Assembly (NCBI RefSeq): GCF_036446775.1
Contig: NZ_JAZFTO010000255.1
Location: 15,737 to 39,736, forward strand
Direction: 5' to 3'
DNA length: 24,000 nt
Source of the DNA: Candidatus Desulfatibia sp.
GTDB taxonomy: Bacteria; Desulfobacterota; Desulfobacteria; Desulfobacterales; UBA11574
Positions 15,340-24,000 of this stretch are shown piece after piece; position 1 is the stretch's first letter, and every line of letters begins with the position of its first letter. The translations under genes and the position numbers were made by a program. Under the pieces are notes generated by a model, which was not told the DNA's origin, did not search any database, and saw only the letters and a list, made by a program, of their open reading frames with translations.

Positions 15340-16539
15340 TTATACATGAAGCTTGTCTGACTTTAACGCGTAGGCAACAGCGAACCCCACCATGAATCCG
15401 ACCGCAAGATTGGAGGCCAGGGTTATGCCCAGCATCAGCAGGACGACAAAAAGATCTTTGCGCTCTTGCATATCGATAACGGTCAGGGCCAACTGGCTGC
15501 CGGCAAATACCAGCAACACACCCAACACACCCATGGGCACCAGATATACTATCGCAAGTGCATGCATGCCTAAAAAAAGCGCCATCAGCAGAAAAAAACT
15601 TCCAATGACCAGATTGGAACCTGCGGTCCGGGCTCCAAAGCGATAGTGAGCGGCCAATCCGCCGGCACCATGACAAAGGGGCATGCCGCCTACCAGGAAG
15701 CTCATAAAATTGGCCAGAGCCATGCTGATAGTCAGGGCCCTATAGGTAACTTTTTTGGAATCATCACCAAAATACTCTTGGGACAGGTCGGCGTTGGCAA
15801 TAACGGCATTGCCTATCGTCATGGGCAGTTGAGGAAGCGCTAAAGCAAACAGCGCGAAGGTAAAGTCGGCTTGAGCGGGAAACCCGAACGGCAGTATGTC
15901 CGGAAAATAAAGGCCCGGTTTGAGCTTGTCGAATCCTTGGTGGGTGCCCAGAATCAGCCCCAGCAACATGCCACCCAAAACGATCACCAGTCCGGCCGGA
16001 AACCGTTTGTTTTCAAGCAGCAAAAGTGTTAAAGCGCCGCCGACAACGCCGACGAGGACACTGGTCGGCAACGGTCCCAGATACTGCAGGGTCAGATAGG
16101 GTTCAGCCGCCTGCCGTATCAGTTGGAATTTGGAAGTGCCTAACATGAATTTAATCCCCTGGGCCATCAGGAGGGTGCCGGTGGAAAGTTGTACGCCCCT
16201 GACCACAGCTTTGGGCGTATACTTGCCGATGGGCGTAATTGCGTTGGTTCCGCCGATGATCAAAAGAAAAACGCCCATCAGCGCTGCCGAAGCCAGAATC
16301 TGGGACGCCGTCATGGCCGTTGCAATGGCATAGGCAGCGATGACCTTCATGGGCTGAACCGGAACCGTAATACCGTAATAAAGACCTGAAATAATAAAAA
16401 ATATACCAATGGAAAAGAACATGCCCGTGGGACTTAAGCCATTGACCAGGATCATTGCAATGGCCATGGGCAGCAGGGTTCCTATATCTCCAAGGGAGCC
16501 GGCAATTTCCAGGCGATTAAAGCGATAACGGGGGCTCAT
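15340..16539 (-). CDS. Putative sulfate/molybdate transporter (MOT1/SulP-related membrane protein)
   Basis: 399 aa and highly hydrophobic. The N-terminal RFNRLEIAGSLGDIGTLLPMAIAMI...ITVPVQPMKVIAAYAIA is the pattern I associate with the MFS_MOT1-type family. Family assignment is from memory. Confidence 0.75.
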   Translation of the reverse strand: MSPRYRFNRLEIAGSLGDIGTLLPMAIAMILVNGLSPTGMFFSIGIFFIISGLYYGITVPVQPMKVIAAYAIATAMTASQILASAALMGVFLLIIGGTNAITPIGKYTPKAVVRGVQLSTGTLLMAQGIKFMLGTSKFQLIRQAAEPYLTLQYLGPLPTSVLVGVVGGALTLLLLENKRFPAGLVIVLGGMLLGLILGTHQGFDKLKPGLYFPDILPFGFPAQADFTFALFALALPQLPMTIGNAVIANADLSQEYFGDDSKKVTYRALTISMALANFMSFLVGGMPLCHGAGGLAAHYRFGARTAGSNLVIGSFFLLMALFLGMHALAIVYLVPMGVLGVLLVFAGSQLALTVIDMQERKDLFVVLLMLGITLASNLAVGFMVGFAVAYALKSDKLHV

Positions 16540-16576
16540 AAGACTTCTCTACACAAAGTTTTTGTGATATGCAGCG

Positions 16577-16700
16577 TTGATGGCGTCGTAAAAAGTCCCA
16601 TCTATTACGCCTTTTTATCCCGACGAGGTTTGGCGGGGGTATATGAACCTTTTTACTTAGCCATCTATAGTTGAATGCGCAAAAAGTCGAATTCATCAAG
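16577..16700 (-). repeat. MITE-like intergenic repeat, copy B (lacks the 63-bp internal segment of copy A)
   Basis: The reverse complement cttgatgaattcgactttttgcgcattcaactatagatggctaagtaaaaaggttcatatacccccgccaaacctcgtcgggataaaaaggcgtaatagatgggactttttacgacgccatcaa is collinear with 3996-4186, apart from a flipped ~16-nt terminal module and the missing 4096-4158 segment. Confidence 0.8.
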
Positions 16701-16823
16701 AGCTTAGTATTTAGTGTTTTGTTTCAAATATATACTTATAGAACAGCTTGCTAAAAAACCAAAAACTAAATACAAAATACTTTCGTAAAAAAGCACAAAA
16801 AAACAAAACGGAAAGTCAAAAAA

Positions 16824-17321
16824 ATGAATCACATTACATACAGACCTATCGGAAGTATACGCACTCCTTTTAAAAAGCAAGCAGGAATGCCGATTCAGCC
16901 ATCAGGGGCCAAGGGTGTGCGAGGCACCATCAAAATCAAAAAGGACTATATAGGCGGACTAAAGGATTTGGAAGGCTTTTCTCATCTTGTTTTGATTTAT
17001 CATTTTCATCTGTCAAAAGAATACGATCTAATGGCGACCCCTTTTCTAGACGATCAGCCACGCGGCGTTTTTGCCACCAGGGCGCCCCGGCGACCCAATT
17101 CCATCGGTTTGTCGATAGTTAAGCTTAATGCGGTCGAGGGGGATATCCTTGAAATCGAGAACGTCGATATTGTCGACGGGACGCCACTGCTGGACATAAA
17201 GCCGTATGTACCGGAATTCGATGCCCAGACCGAAGTTAAAACCGGTTGGCTGGCCGAGGTTGATGAACGGGTAAAGCAGGCCAAATCAGATAACAGATTT
17301 AATTCGAATAAAAAGGTGTAA
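16824..17321 (+). CDS. trmO: tRNA (N6-threonylcarbamoyladenosine(37)-N6)-methyltransferase TrmO (TsaA/YaeB family)
   Basis: 165 aa with IGSIRTPF, GLKDLEGFSHLVLIYHFH, GVFATRAPRRPNSIGLSIVKL, VDGTPLLDIKPYVPEFD. Confidence 0.88.
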   Translation: MNHITYRPIGSIRTPFKKQAGMPIQPSGAKGVRGTIKIKKDYIGGLKDLEGFSHLVLIYHFHLSKEYDLMATPFLDDQPRGVFATRAPRRPNSIGLSIVKLNAVEGDILEIENVDIVDGTPLLDIKPYVPEFDAQTEVKTGWLAEVDERVKQAKSDNRFNSNKKV

Positions 17322-17409
17322 AGCAATATTTAAATATGCCGATAATATATTTACAAAGCGTTCGGGCGACACCGTACTCGAATAGATGGGTTCAGGCTCA
17401 ACCGAACAT

Positions 17410-17445
17410 AAAAGGCAAGGCCTTTTACAGGGCCTTGCCTTTTTG
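17410..17445. terminator. Bidirectional rho-independent terminator between convergent trmO and thiE
   Basis: AAAAGGCAAGGCC ttttacag GGCCTTGCCTTTTT has a 9-bp GC-rich core flanked by an A-run and a T-run. Confidence 0.85.
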
Positions 17446-17463
17446 ATGGATACTATGGATTCA

Positions 17464-18114
17464 TCAAAGATAGCTTTGAATTTTTTCCTTTAGGGACCTT
17501 GTTTTGGCGGTAATGTCGGGGGCCTGGGTGATGGCCGTGACCATAGCCACGCGGCGTGCGCCCTTGGCAAGCACCTGGTCGATGTTGGACTCGGAGATGC
17601 CGCCCATTACTGTAAAAGGCACATCGATTTCAGGACTGATGGCGGCGATAGCCTCCGGGCCCAAAAAGCGCTCTATCCCTTCCTTGGTGCCGGTGGAAAA
17701 TATGGGACCGATATTGATGTAGTCCGCGCCTTCTTTTTGGGCCTGGATCGCCTCCTTAAGGGAGTGGGTGGAGGCGCCGATGAGCAGTTCCGGCGCAATC
17801 TTCCTGACAGCGTTTAAAGGAAAGTCGTCCTGGCCGAGGTGAACACCGTCGGCCTCTACAGCCATGGCAATATCCACGTGATCGTTGATAATTAGCAGAA
17901 CTCCCGCCTTGGTTGTAATTTCCCTGAACTTCAAGGCCAGGTCGTATATTTTTTTGCCGGAATATTCTTTTTCCCGCAGCTGAATGATCCTGGCGCCGCC
18001 CTGAATTACCGCTTTTAAGACCTCCAGATTGGACCTTCCACGGGACAGCCGTTCACAGGTAACAGGGTATAGGTCGACTTGCCTGAACGCGCTTTTTCTT
18101 GCTTCCCGTTTCAT
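17464..18114 (-). CDS. thiE: Thiamine-phosphate synthase
   Basis: 216 aa with DLYPVT, IIQLREKE, LIINDHVDIA, GVHLGQDD, GASTHS, DYINIGPIFSTGTK, MGGI. The start abuts the thiS stop. Confidence 0.9.
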   Translation of the reverse strand: MKREARKSAFRQVDLYPVTCERLSRGRSNLEVLKAVIQGGARIIQLREKEYSGKKIYDLALKFREITTKAGVLLIINDHVDIAMAVEADGVHLGQDDFPLNAVRKIAPELLIGASTHSLKEAIQAQKEGADYINIGPIFSTGTKEGIERFLGPEAIAAISPEIDVPFTVMGGISESNIDQVLAKGARRVAMVTAITQAPDITAKTRSLKEKIQSYL

Positions 18115-18318
18115 TTAGCCACCACCTACCAGCCGTATGATTTCAATGGCATCTCCATCCCGGACAGTTGTTTCGTTCATTCTGTTTTTGGCCACGATTT
18201 CCAGATTGCGCTCCACAACAATCGATTTGGGGTTGATCCCCAGTTGCTCGAGCAGTTCGGCTACCGTCAGCGGCGAGGCAAAGTCAGCTCTTTTTTCCCC
18301 GTTGATTGTGATTTCCAT
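18115..18318 (-). CDS. thiS: Sulfur-carrier protein ThiS
   Basis: 67 aa, beta-grasp size, ending in ..RLVGGG, in thi operon context. Confidence 0.88.
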   Translation of the reverse strand: MEITINGEKRADFASPLTVAELLEQLGINPKSIVVERNLEIVAKNRMNETTVRDGDAIEIIRLVGGG

Positions 18319-18357
18319 TTACATTTCACGTTTCATTTTTTACGAATTTATCAAAGT

Positions 18358-19470
18358 TTATTGAAGAAAGGCCGCATCCCAGTCTTTCCACACAGGCTCG
18401 TAGCCCTTGGCTCTGATTATTGCGGCAACGTCTTTAGGAGAACGGTGGTCGGCGATATCAAACTGGGCTTCGGCCTGAACTTCATGAGCATAGCCGCCGG
18501 GTGCGGTGCAGGATCCGGCGCTCATGGAAGTTATCCCGATAGGGATCAGGTTGTCCCTGAGATACGCTGACTCGCGGGTAGATAGAACCAGGCCCGCGTC
18601 CGGGAGCAAGAGCCTTAACGCGGTGATAAGCTGGACAAACTGGGCGTCAGAGACCGGATAAGGAGGCTCGTATTCACCGGCTGCGGGCCGCAGGCGCGGG
18701 AAGGAAATGGTGATGTGTGATTTCCAGAAATTGCGCAAAAGATAGCGGGCATGCAGTGCCAGAAAAAATCCTTCTACGCGCCAGTTGTCAAGCCCCAGAA
18801 GAGCGCCGATCCCGATACGGCGAAATCCGGCCTCACCACCTCTTTCCGGTGTCTCCAGCCGCCAGCGGTAGTTGCTCTTGTTGCCGGCCGGATGAACATC
18901 ACGATAGCGCTTTTCATTGTAAGTTTCCTGATAGACGACCAGGCCGTCCACCCCGTTTGTGATGAGATTTTGGTAGTCGACGGTGGGCATGGGATAGAGT
19001 TCGATCGATATGGAGGAAAAACTATGCCGCAATTTTTGCAATATTTTCGTCAGATACTCCATGGTGACGGCCTGCGGCGCCTCTCCGGACACCAGCAATA
19101 TATGACGAAACCCCTGAGAATACAGAAAAGAAGCTTCGGCCTCGGCCTGCTCCAATGCAATTGTCAGGCGGTCGACAGTATTTTGCACATTAAATCCGCA
19201 GTAGACACAAGCATTGGTACATTCGTTGGACAGATAGAGCGGGGCAAACAGACTGATTACCCGACCGAAACGCTGTTGCGTGAGCCGGTGAGCCCTTTGA
19301 GCCATCTCCTCCATGGCCTGTTCCGCAGCTGGAGACAGGAGGCTGATAAATCCATCCATTCCCAGGGATCGAGCTGCAAGCGCCTTGGCCACGTCAGCCG
19401 GGGTGCGGCTCATGATCTGTTTTTCAATCTCTTCCCAACGCAAGCGGCTTATCTTTTCATAAAAACTCAT
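18358..19470 (-). CDS. thiH: 2-iminoacetate synthase ThiH (radical SAM tyrosine lyase)
   Basis: 370 aa with the radical-SAM cluster motif CTNACVYCGF. Length and neighbours fit ThiH. Confidence 0.88.
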   Translation of the reverse strand: MSFYEKISRLRWEEIEKQIMSRTPADVAKALAARSLGMDGFISLLSPAAEQAMEEMAQRAHRLTQQRFGRVISLFAPLYLSNECTNACVYCGFNVQNTVDRLTIALEQAEAEASFLYSQGFRHILLVSGEAPQAVTMEYLTKILQKLRHSFSSISIELYPMPTVDYQNLITNGVDGLVVYQETYNEKRYRDVHPAGNKSNYRWRLETPERGGEAGFRRIGIGALLGLDNWRVEGFFLALHARYLLRNFWKSHITISFPRLRPAAGEYEPPYPVSDAQFVQLITALRLLLPDAGLVLSTRESAYLRDNLIPIGITSMSAGSCTAPGGYAHEVQAEAQFDIADHRSPKDVAAIIRAKGYEPVWKDWDAAFLQ

Positions 19471-19471
19471 A

Positions 19472-20248
19472 TTACGGTTGCCTCAAAAAGCCTGTCAAAG
19501 GGCTGGAGGCTGAGGCTGCCTTCTGGCGGGAGCTGATTCCAGCCAGAAAGGCTTCTCGACCGGCTTCCACCCCTTTTTTGAAGGCCTGTGCCATTAATGC
19601 CGGGTCTGCGGCCACTGCAATGGCTGTATTGACCAGAACGGCATCGGCTCCCATCTCCATGGCTTCGGCAGCGTGGGAGGGTGCTCCCAGGCCGGCATCC
19701 ACCACTACCGGAACATTCGCCATTTCGATGATGATTTCGATGGATTCTCTGGTGTTAATGCCCTGTTTTGAGCCGATGGGTGACCCCAGGGGCATAACCG
19801 TGGCCGTGCCGATATCCTCCAGTCGTTTGGCCAGGATCGGGTCGGCATGGATATAGGGCAGCACCACGAAGTTGTCCTTGACCAGGATTTCGGCGGCCTT
19901 AAGGGTTTCGACGGGATCGGGGAGCAGATAGTGAGGGTCGGGAGTGACCTCCAGCTTGATCCATGGTTCGCAACCGGCTGCCCGTGCCAGGCGGGCCAGT
20001 CTAACCGCTTCTTGGGCATCCCTGGCACCCGAGGTGTTGGGAAGAAGAAGATAACGACTGGTGTCGATGGCATTAAGCAGGTCATCATCGGGATTTTCCA
20101 GATCCACCCTTCTCAAGGCTACGGTGACAACTTCAGAACCCGAGGCCTCTAAGGCCTTTTGCATGACGTTGTTAGAAGAGAATTTTCCGGTACCCATCAG
20201 CAGCCGCGAAGAAAAAGGGCGACCGGCGATAATCAGAGAGTCTTCCAT
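19472..20248 (-). CDS. thiG: Thiazole synthase
   Basis: 258 aa with [20 protein letters not shown] and [11 protein letters not shown], then [31 protein letters not shown]. Confidence 0.92.
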   Translation of the reverse strand: MEDSLIIAGRPFSSRLLMGTGKFSSNNVMQKALEASGSEVVTVALRRVDLENPDDDLLNAIDTSRYLLLPNTSGARDAQEAVRLARLARAAGCEPWIKLEVTPDPHYLLPDPVETLKAAEILVKDNFVVLPYIHADPILAKRLEDIGTATVMPLGSPIGSKQGINTRESIEIIIEMANVPVVVDAGLGAPSHAAEAMEMGADAVLVNTAIAVAADPALMAQAFKKGVEAGREAFLAGISSRQKAASASSPLTGFLRQP

Positions 20249-20270
20249 TTTGACTTACCTTTCCAATAAT

Positions 20271-20299
20271 AAAAAAACCGTTTCCGATTAAGGAAACGG
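20271..20299 (-). terminator. Attenuator terminator of the TPP riboswitch expression platform
   Basis: The minus strand reads CCGTTTCC ttaatc GGAAACGG, a perfect 8-bp stem, followed by TTTTTTT. It lies 22 nt upstream of the thiG ATG. Confidence 0.8.
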
Positions 20300-20334
20300 C
20301 TACCGATAAGAGCGGAAAAGGTACCGCGCTTACA

Positions 20335-20413
20335 GCCGTTTCCCTCCGTTGGCATTATCCACGTCAGGTCTTAAGGGTATTTTCTCAGCCCGGATATACG
20401 AGCACCCCTAACG
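20335..20413 (-). promoter_or_regulatory. TPP (THI-box) riboswitch aptamer
   Basis: The minus strand reads aGGGGUGCucguauauccgggCUGAGAaaauACCCuuaagACCUGAcguGGAUAAUGCCAacgGAGGGAaac. It contains the hallmark CUGAGA, ACCUGA and GGAUAAUGCC blocks, upstream of a thiamine operon. Confidence 0.9.
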
Positions 20414-20433
20414 ACTATTAATGTAATATGCTA

Positions 20434-20462
20434 ACTATAATTGCATGATCTTCAATTGTCAA
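20434..20462 (-). promoter_or_regulatory. Sigma70-type promoter of the thi operon
   Basis: The minus strand reads TTGACA - 17 nt (attgaagatcatgcaat) - TATAGT, ending about 20 nt upstream of the riboswitch aptamer. Confidence 0.6.
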
Positions 20463-20479
20463 ATACGGGGCCTGGGTCT

Positions 20480-21793
20480 TTACTCAGTGTATCTTTTGAA
20501 GATTAAAGTGGCGTTTGTACCCCCAAAGCCGAACGAATTCGAAAGGGCAATATCAATTTGGGCTTTAAGGGCTTGACCGCTGACATAATTCAAACCTTTG
20601 CATTCTTCGTCAATACGATCAAGATTCAGAATCGGGGGGACGATATTATCCCGGATGGACAATACGCATAAAGCCGCCTCAATAGCTCCAATCGCCCCCA
20701 GGCAGTGCCCTAACTGAGATTTGTTTGCGGTAATGAAAGGCTTCTCTTTGCCGGCCCCAAACACCTCTTTTAGGGCTTTTGCTTCGTTAATATCACCTTT
20801 AGGGGTGGAGGTTGCATGGGGATTGATCAAATCGACATCTTCCGGCCTGATGCCGGCATCTTTAAGGGCTATTCGCATGCACCGGATCGCCCCGTCAATA
20901 TCAGGGTCGGTAATATGACTGGCATCCCCGGTCATACCGCAGCCAGTCATTTCGACATAAATTTTGGCCCCCCTGGCCAGGGCATGTTCCAGCTCTTCTA
21001 AGATTAGAACCCCCGCTCCTTCTGCCATAACAAAGCCGTTGCGATCTTTATCAAAGGGGCGGAAGGCTGATTCCGGAGTTTTGTATTTAGATGACAACGC
21101 CTTGAGAGCATGAAAGCCTGCAACCGTAAGGGGTGTAATCGAAGCTTCCGCTCCCCCGCAGAGAATCGCATCTTCTTTGCCGATTTGAATGCGATGAAAC
21201 GCCTCCCCCAGTGCGTGCGCTCCGGAAGCACAGGCTGTAGACATACAGGCGTTGATGCCTTTGGCTTTGAAGGAGATGCTGATATTACCGGCCGCTAAAT
21301 TCGGAATTTCACGTGGAATTAAAAATGGCGACACTTTTTTCCCTTCTAAAAGGCGCAGGTGCTCTCTTTCCAAAGTTTGAATGCCGCCTTGCCCCGAACC
21401 GATAATAACGCCGACACGATTAGGGTCAATGTCGCCATTCTCCAAACGAGCGCCAGAATCAGCCACCGCCTCTAAAGCCGCTGCATCGGCATACTCTATA
21501 AAAGGATCCATATATTTTGTCTGTTTTAAATCCTCTCTAGAAAAAGCAGGCTTTCTTTGCTTGATGATATCTTTGATATTAAAGCCTTTAACTTCCCCGG
21601 CGATAAAAGGAAATTCGTCTGATAATTTATACTTAGCTTTAATTTTTTCTAAATCGCCCCAACCGGCAATCCAGTCGATGCCCGAGCGGCAATCGAGCAT
21701 GGCCTGCCAGGTTGAAGGCACATCTATACCTAACGGCGTTACCAATCCTAAACCGGTCACGACCACTCTTCTTAGCGTTTGTGTTTTGCTCAT
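20480..21793 (-). CDS. Beta-ketoacyl-ACP synthase II family protein (FabF-like)
   Basis: 437 aa with RRVVVTGLGLVTPLG, the active-site Cys in STACASGAHALGEA, His residues in NPHATSTPKGD and QLGHCLGAIGAIEA, and the C-terminal NSFGFGGTNA. There is an extra ~15-20 aa near the N-terminus. No acpP or fabG lies nearby. Confidence 0.85.
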   Translation of the reverse strand: MSKTQTLRRVVVTGLGLVTPLGIDVPSTWQAMLDCRSGIDWIAGWGDLEKIKAKYKLSDEFPFIAGEVKGFNIKDIIKQRKPAFSREDLKQTKYMDPFIEYADAAALEAVADSGARLENGDIDPNRVGVIIGSGQGGIQTLEREHLRLLEGKKVSPFLIPREIPNLAAGNISISFKAKGINACMSTACASGAHALGEAFHRIQIGKEDAILCGGAEASITPLTVAGFHALKALSSKYKTPESAFRPFDKDRNGFVMAEGAGVLILEELEHALARGAKIYVEMTGCGMTGDASHITDPDIDGAIRCMRIALKDAGIRPEDVDLINPHATSTPKGDINEAKALKEVFGAGKEKPFITANKSQLGHCLGAIGAIEAALCVLSIRDNIVPPILNLDRIDEECKGLNYVSGQALKAQIDIALSNSFGFGGTNATLIFKRYTE

Positions 21794-22025
21794 GGTTTTA
21801 ATTCCTTAGGCTGGGTAAAGATCAAAGGGTGGCGGTTAGTTCATAACAATAACCAGCAGAAGCAATATGGTGTATCGCCGGTTATATTAAAGGCATGCTG
21901 TTACACTGTCAAGTGGTTTAAAATCGCAATCAAAGGCTGCAATGAGGAGGGGGGTGAACATCTGGATAGAAGGCGATCCGGTTGCAAAGTGCCATCAAGA
22001 GCAAGACGCTCAATAAACACCGGTT

Positions 22026-22304
22026 TTATTTGTCAACAACGCCGCCGACGATCATGGAGAAGGCGCCCGTGCCAAGCAGCAAAATATACATAGGCATTGT
22101 TGTGATATATTTTAAGTTTTTTTGGATGCTATGCCATGAAATACTGTCAATCCATTTAAGATATGTTGCATCAAGAACGTCAACAAGGCTTAAACTCTTC
22201 CAAACGATATCACCAGGCGTCATCATTGACGATATAGCCTGAAAGCCAACTAATACCAAACCGCCGAGGCATAAAAGCCCACCAACAATATAATACTTAG
22301 ACAT
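22026..22304 (-). CDS. Hypothetical small membrane protein (two predicted TM helices)
   Basis: 92 aa ORF with hydrophobic ends (YYIVGGLLCLGGLVLVGF and MPMYILLLGTGAFSMIVGGV). No recognisable family and a weak SD. Confidence 0.5.
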   Translation of the reverse strand: MSKYYIVGGLLCLGGLVLVGFQAISSMMTPGDIVWKSLSLVDVLDATYLKWIDSISWHSIQKNLKYITTMPMYILLLGTGAFSMIVGGVVDK

Positions 22305-22524
22305 TTAATAGCCGCCCTATTTATTGTTTATAAAATATACGGGTAAATTCACAGAAAACATTTTTTGGGTTAATGGATTTATTATCGGCTGTTTGTGAAA
22401 AATACTTAACAGGATTTCTCAGAAAGAATTTAATCGGGCTTTAAGGCATTAAAAATAAAGGATATTTGTCGGCTGGAGAGCAGTCCGGATTTGGCTTTCT
22501 AGTTTGATCGCCCATAGACATTTT

Positions 22525-24000
22525 TTAAGAAAGCGCTTGGCCTTCGGCCTTGTCGGGAGCACGGCTGGCGGGAGTAAGGCGATTTTTGGAGCGGCGGCGC
22601 CTTTTTTTCTTCTTTTTGGGGCCCTCTGCGGCCGCTGGTTTTGATTCCGGGGCAAAACCGAAAAGACTGCCCGGGTATGAGCCGGTCCGGGTTTTTTCTG
22701 GAGTCGTTGTGCTTTGCTTGCGTCTGCGTTCGTGCCGCCGCGAGGGTCTTCTCCCCCTCCCCTTATGCCTGCCAGGTACCCGCGTGGATATGTCTTTGAT
22801 AAACCAATCATCTTCGGGCCAAATTGTCGGAATCTTGTAACCGAGCATGGCCTCGAGGGGTTCGAGATGAAAAACATATTTCTCACAGGCCAGTGACAAC
22901 GCTCGTCCGGTTTTGCCTGCTCTGGCGGTGCGGCCGATGCGGTGGATATAGTTTTCTGAATCCTGCGGAAGGTCGTAGTTGATTACATGGCTGATATCCT
23001 CAACGTGAATGCCTCGCGAAGCCACATCCGTGGCCACCAGAATCTTAATCCGGCCGGTTTTGAACCATTCCATCAGCCTGAAGCGTTTGCGCTGGGGCAA
23101 GTCGCCGGTGATACCTTCGGCCGGCCATGCGTTACCGCTGAGTTTGCGGGTCAGCCATGTTACGCCGGCCTTGGTGTTGACAAATATGAGAATCCGGCTC
23201 CATTCTTCCCTTTTCAGCAGACCCAAAAGAAGGGGCAGTTTCATATCACTGCCAATGTGAAAAAGAGACTGCTCAATGCCCTCGACAATCACCTCCTCCG
23301 GCGTAATAGCTATAAACTCCGGTAAGTTCATGTACTCATAGGTCAATTCCATTACGCGGTAGGAGAGGGTGGCTGAAAAAAGCATGGATTGTCTTTTCTC
23401 ATAGTGGGGAAGCTTGCGCAGGATATAGCGCATATCCTGGGAGAATCCGAGATCCAAAAGGCGGTCGGCCTCATCAACTACCACGGCTTTGATGCCTGTG
23501 GTTTTAAAGATGCCCTGCTTTAAATAATCGATTATACGCCCCGGAGTGCAGATAATGATGTCGGCACCTTTGCGAAGTATAGCGGCCTGCTTGCGATAGT
23601 CTACTCCGCCCAATACCTGTGCAAAAGTCAAACCGGTATGGCGGCCGAGATCTTGGGCTTCTTCATATATCTGGAGGGCCAGTTCCCGGGTGGGGGCGAC
23701 AATAAGAGCGGACGGCAATTTAGATTTTTTTGAGGGTAATGCCAAAAGCTTGGTAAAAATAGTAACCAGAAAGGCGGCGGTCTTACCTGTGCCGGTCTGG
23801 GCCTGGCCGGCAACATCACGGCCGGCCAAAGAGACGGGAAGAACTTGAGACTGAATCGGGGTGCAGAAGGTATGGCCGGCGTCACTCAGGCCGTCCAGAA
23901 CCTCGGCAGGAAGGTCGAATTCGTCGAACCTAGTCCGGGTTAGAAATTTAGGCTTATCCCGGCGGCGAGCAGGTTCCGGTGATTCGGTTGCGTCTAACAT
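22525..24000 (-). CDS. DEAD-box ATP-dependent RNA helicase (RhlE/DeaD-like) with Arg/Lys-rich C-terminal tail
   Basis: 491 aa. Motifs are Q (FCTPIQSQ), I (AQTGTGKT), Ia (PTRELA), II (VVDEAD), III (SAT), V (ATDVASRGIHV) and VI (HRIGRTARAG). The tail reads GRHKGRGRRPSRRHERRRK...KKKKKRRRRSKNR. The ATG sits exactly at the window edge, so the true start could lie further upstream. Confidence 0.9.
   Translation of the reverse strand: MLDATESPEPARRRDKPKFLTRTRFDEFDLPAEVLDGLSDAGHTFCTPIQSQVLPVSLAGRDVAGQAQTGTGKTAAFLVTIFTKLLALPSKKSKLPSALIVAPTRELALQIYEEAQDLGRHTGLTFAQVLGGVDYRKQAAILRKGADIIICTPGRIIDYLKQGIFKTTGIKAVVVDEADRLLDLGFSQDMRYILRKLPHYEKRQSMLFSATLSYRVMELTYEYMNLPEFIAITPEEVIVEGIEQSLFHIGSDMKLPLLLGLLKREEWSRILIFVNTKAGVTWLTRKLSGNAWPAEGITGDLPQRKRFRLMEWFKTGRIKILVATDVASRGIHVEDISHVINYDLPQDSENYIHRIGRTARAGKTGRALSLACEKYVFHLEPLEAMLGYKIPTIWPEDDWFIKDISTRVPGRHKGRGRRPSRRHERRRKQSTTTPEKTRTGSYPGSLFGFAPESKPAAAEGPKKKKKRRRRSKNRLTPASRAPDKAEGQALS

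Noticed and set aside
15161-15676. The 5' extension of the 707-aa ORF containing lnt.
   Set aside because: The extension overlaps the 3' end of the clearly real transporter gene in another frame and is Cys/Arg-rich nonsense. Lnt homology starts at MKLNKTL (ATG 15160).
18751-19536. A 261-aa plus-strand ORF antisense to thiH and thiG.
   Set aside because: It is a shadow ORF opposite two strongly supported genes, with a low-complexity, Arg/Gly/His-rich translation and no recognisable motifs.
22449-22886. A 145-aa ORF overlapping the helicase 3' end in another frame, plus plus-strand ORFs at 22550..22840.
   Set aside because: These are alternative-frame artefacts of the Arg/Lys-rich, GC-rich tail of the DEAD-box helicase.

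Overview
This window looks like bacterial chromosome. The protein sequences suggest a Desulfobacterales-type deltaproteobacterium, but that is a guess and was not computed. About 80 percent of the window is ordinary housekeeping genes.

Gene content:
- Minus strand, 1-3968: era (partial), engB, a class I aminotransferase, hisG, hisI.
- Plus strand: PBP1A (4583-6988) with a clear terminator.
- Minus strand: a single-domain response regulator (7213-7563), followed by a roughly 900-bp ORF-free, repeat-laden spacer.
- Plus strand: a lytic transglycosylase (8484-9131) and an FMN-reductase-type flavoprotein (9391-9969).
- Minus strand: ynfA, lnt and a MOT1/SulP-like transporter (12936-16539).
- Plus strand: trmO.
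- Minus strand: a thiG-thiH-thiS-thiE operon (17464-20248) behind a TPP riboswitch.
- Minus strand: a FabF-like ketosynthase, a small membrane protein and a DEAD-box helicase.

The non-routine content lies at 10.0-12.9 kb:
1. A GEMM-I (c-di-GMP-I) riboswitch with its own intrinsic terminator sits in front of an orphan CheD-like deamidase.
2. Directly downstream is a decayed group II intron. Its intron-encoded protein has lost the whole reverse-transcriptase domain.
3. Next is a Doc (death-on-curing) toxin pseudogene, broken by frameshifts and by a 117-bp element with 17-bp perfect terminal inverted repeats.

Two further points:
- A MITE-like repeat family occurs three times (3996-4186, 8338-8383, 16577-16700).
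- Several intergenic regions carry short tandem words arranged as inverted pairs.

I saw no rRNA, tRNA or CRISPR, and no recognisable multi-gene defence system. Riboswitch, intron and repeat calls come from reading the sequence by eye against remembered consensus sequences and need covariance-model or BLAST confirmation.
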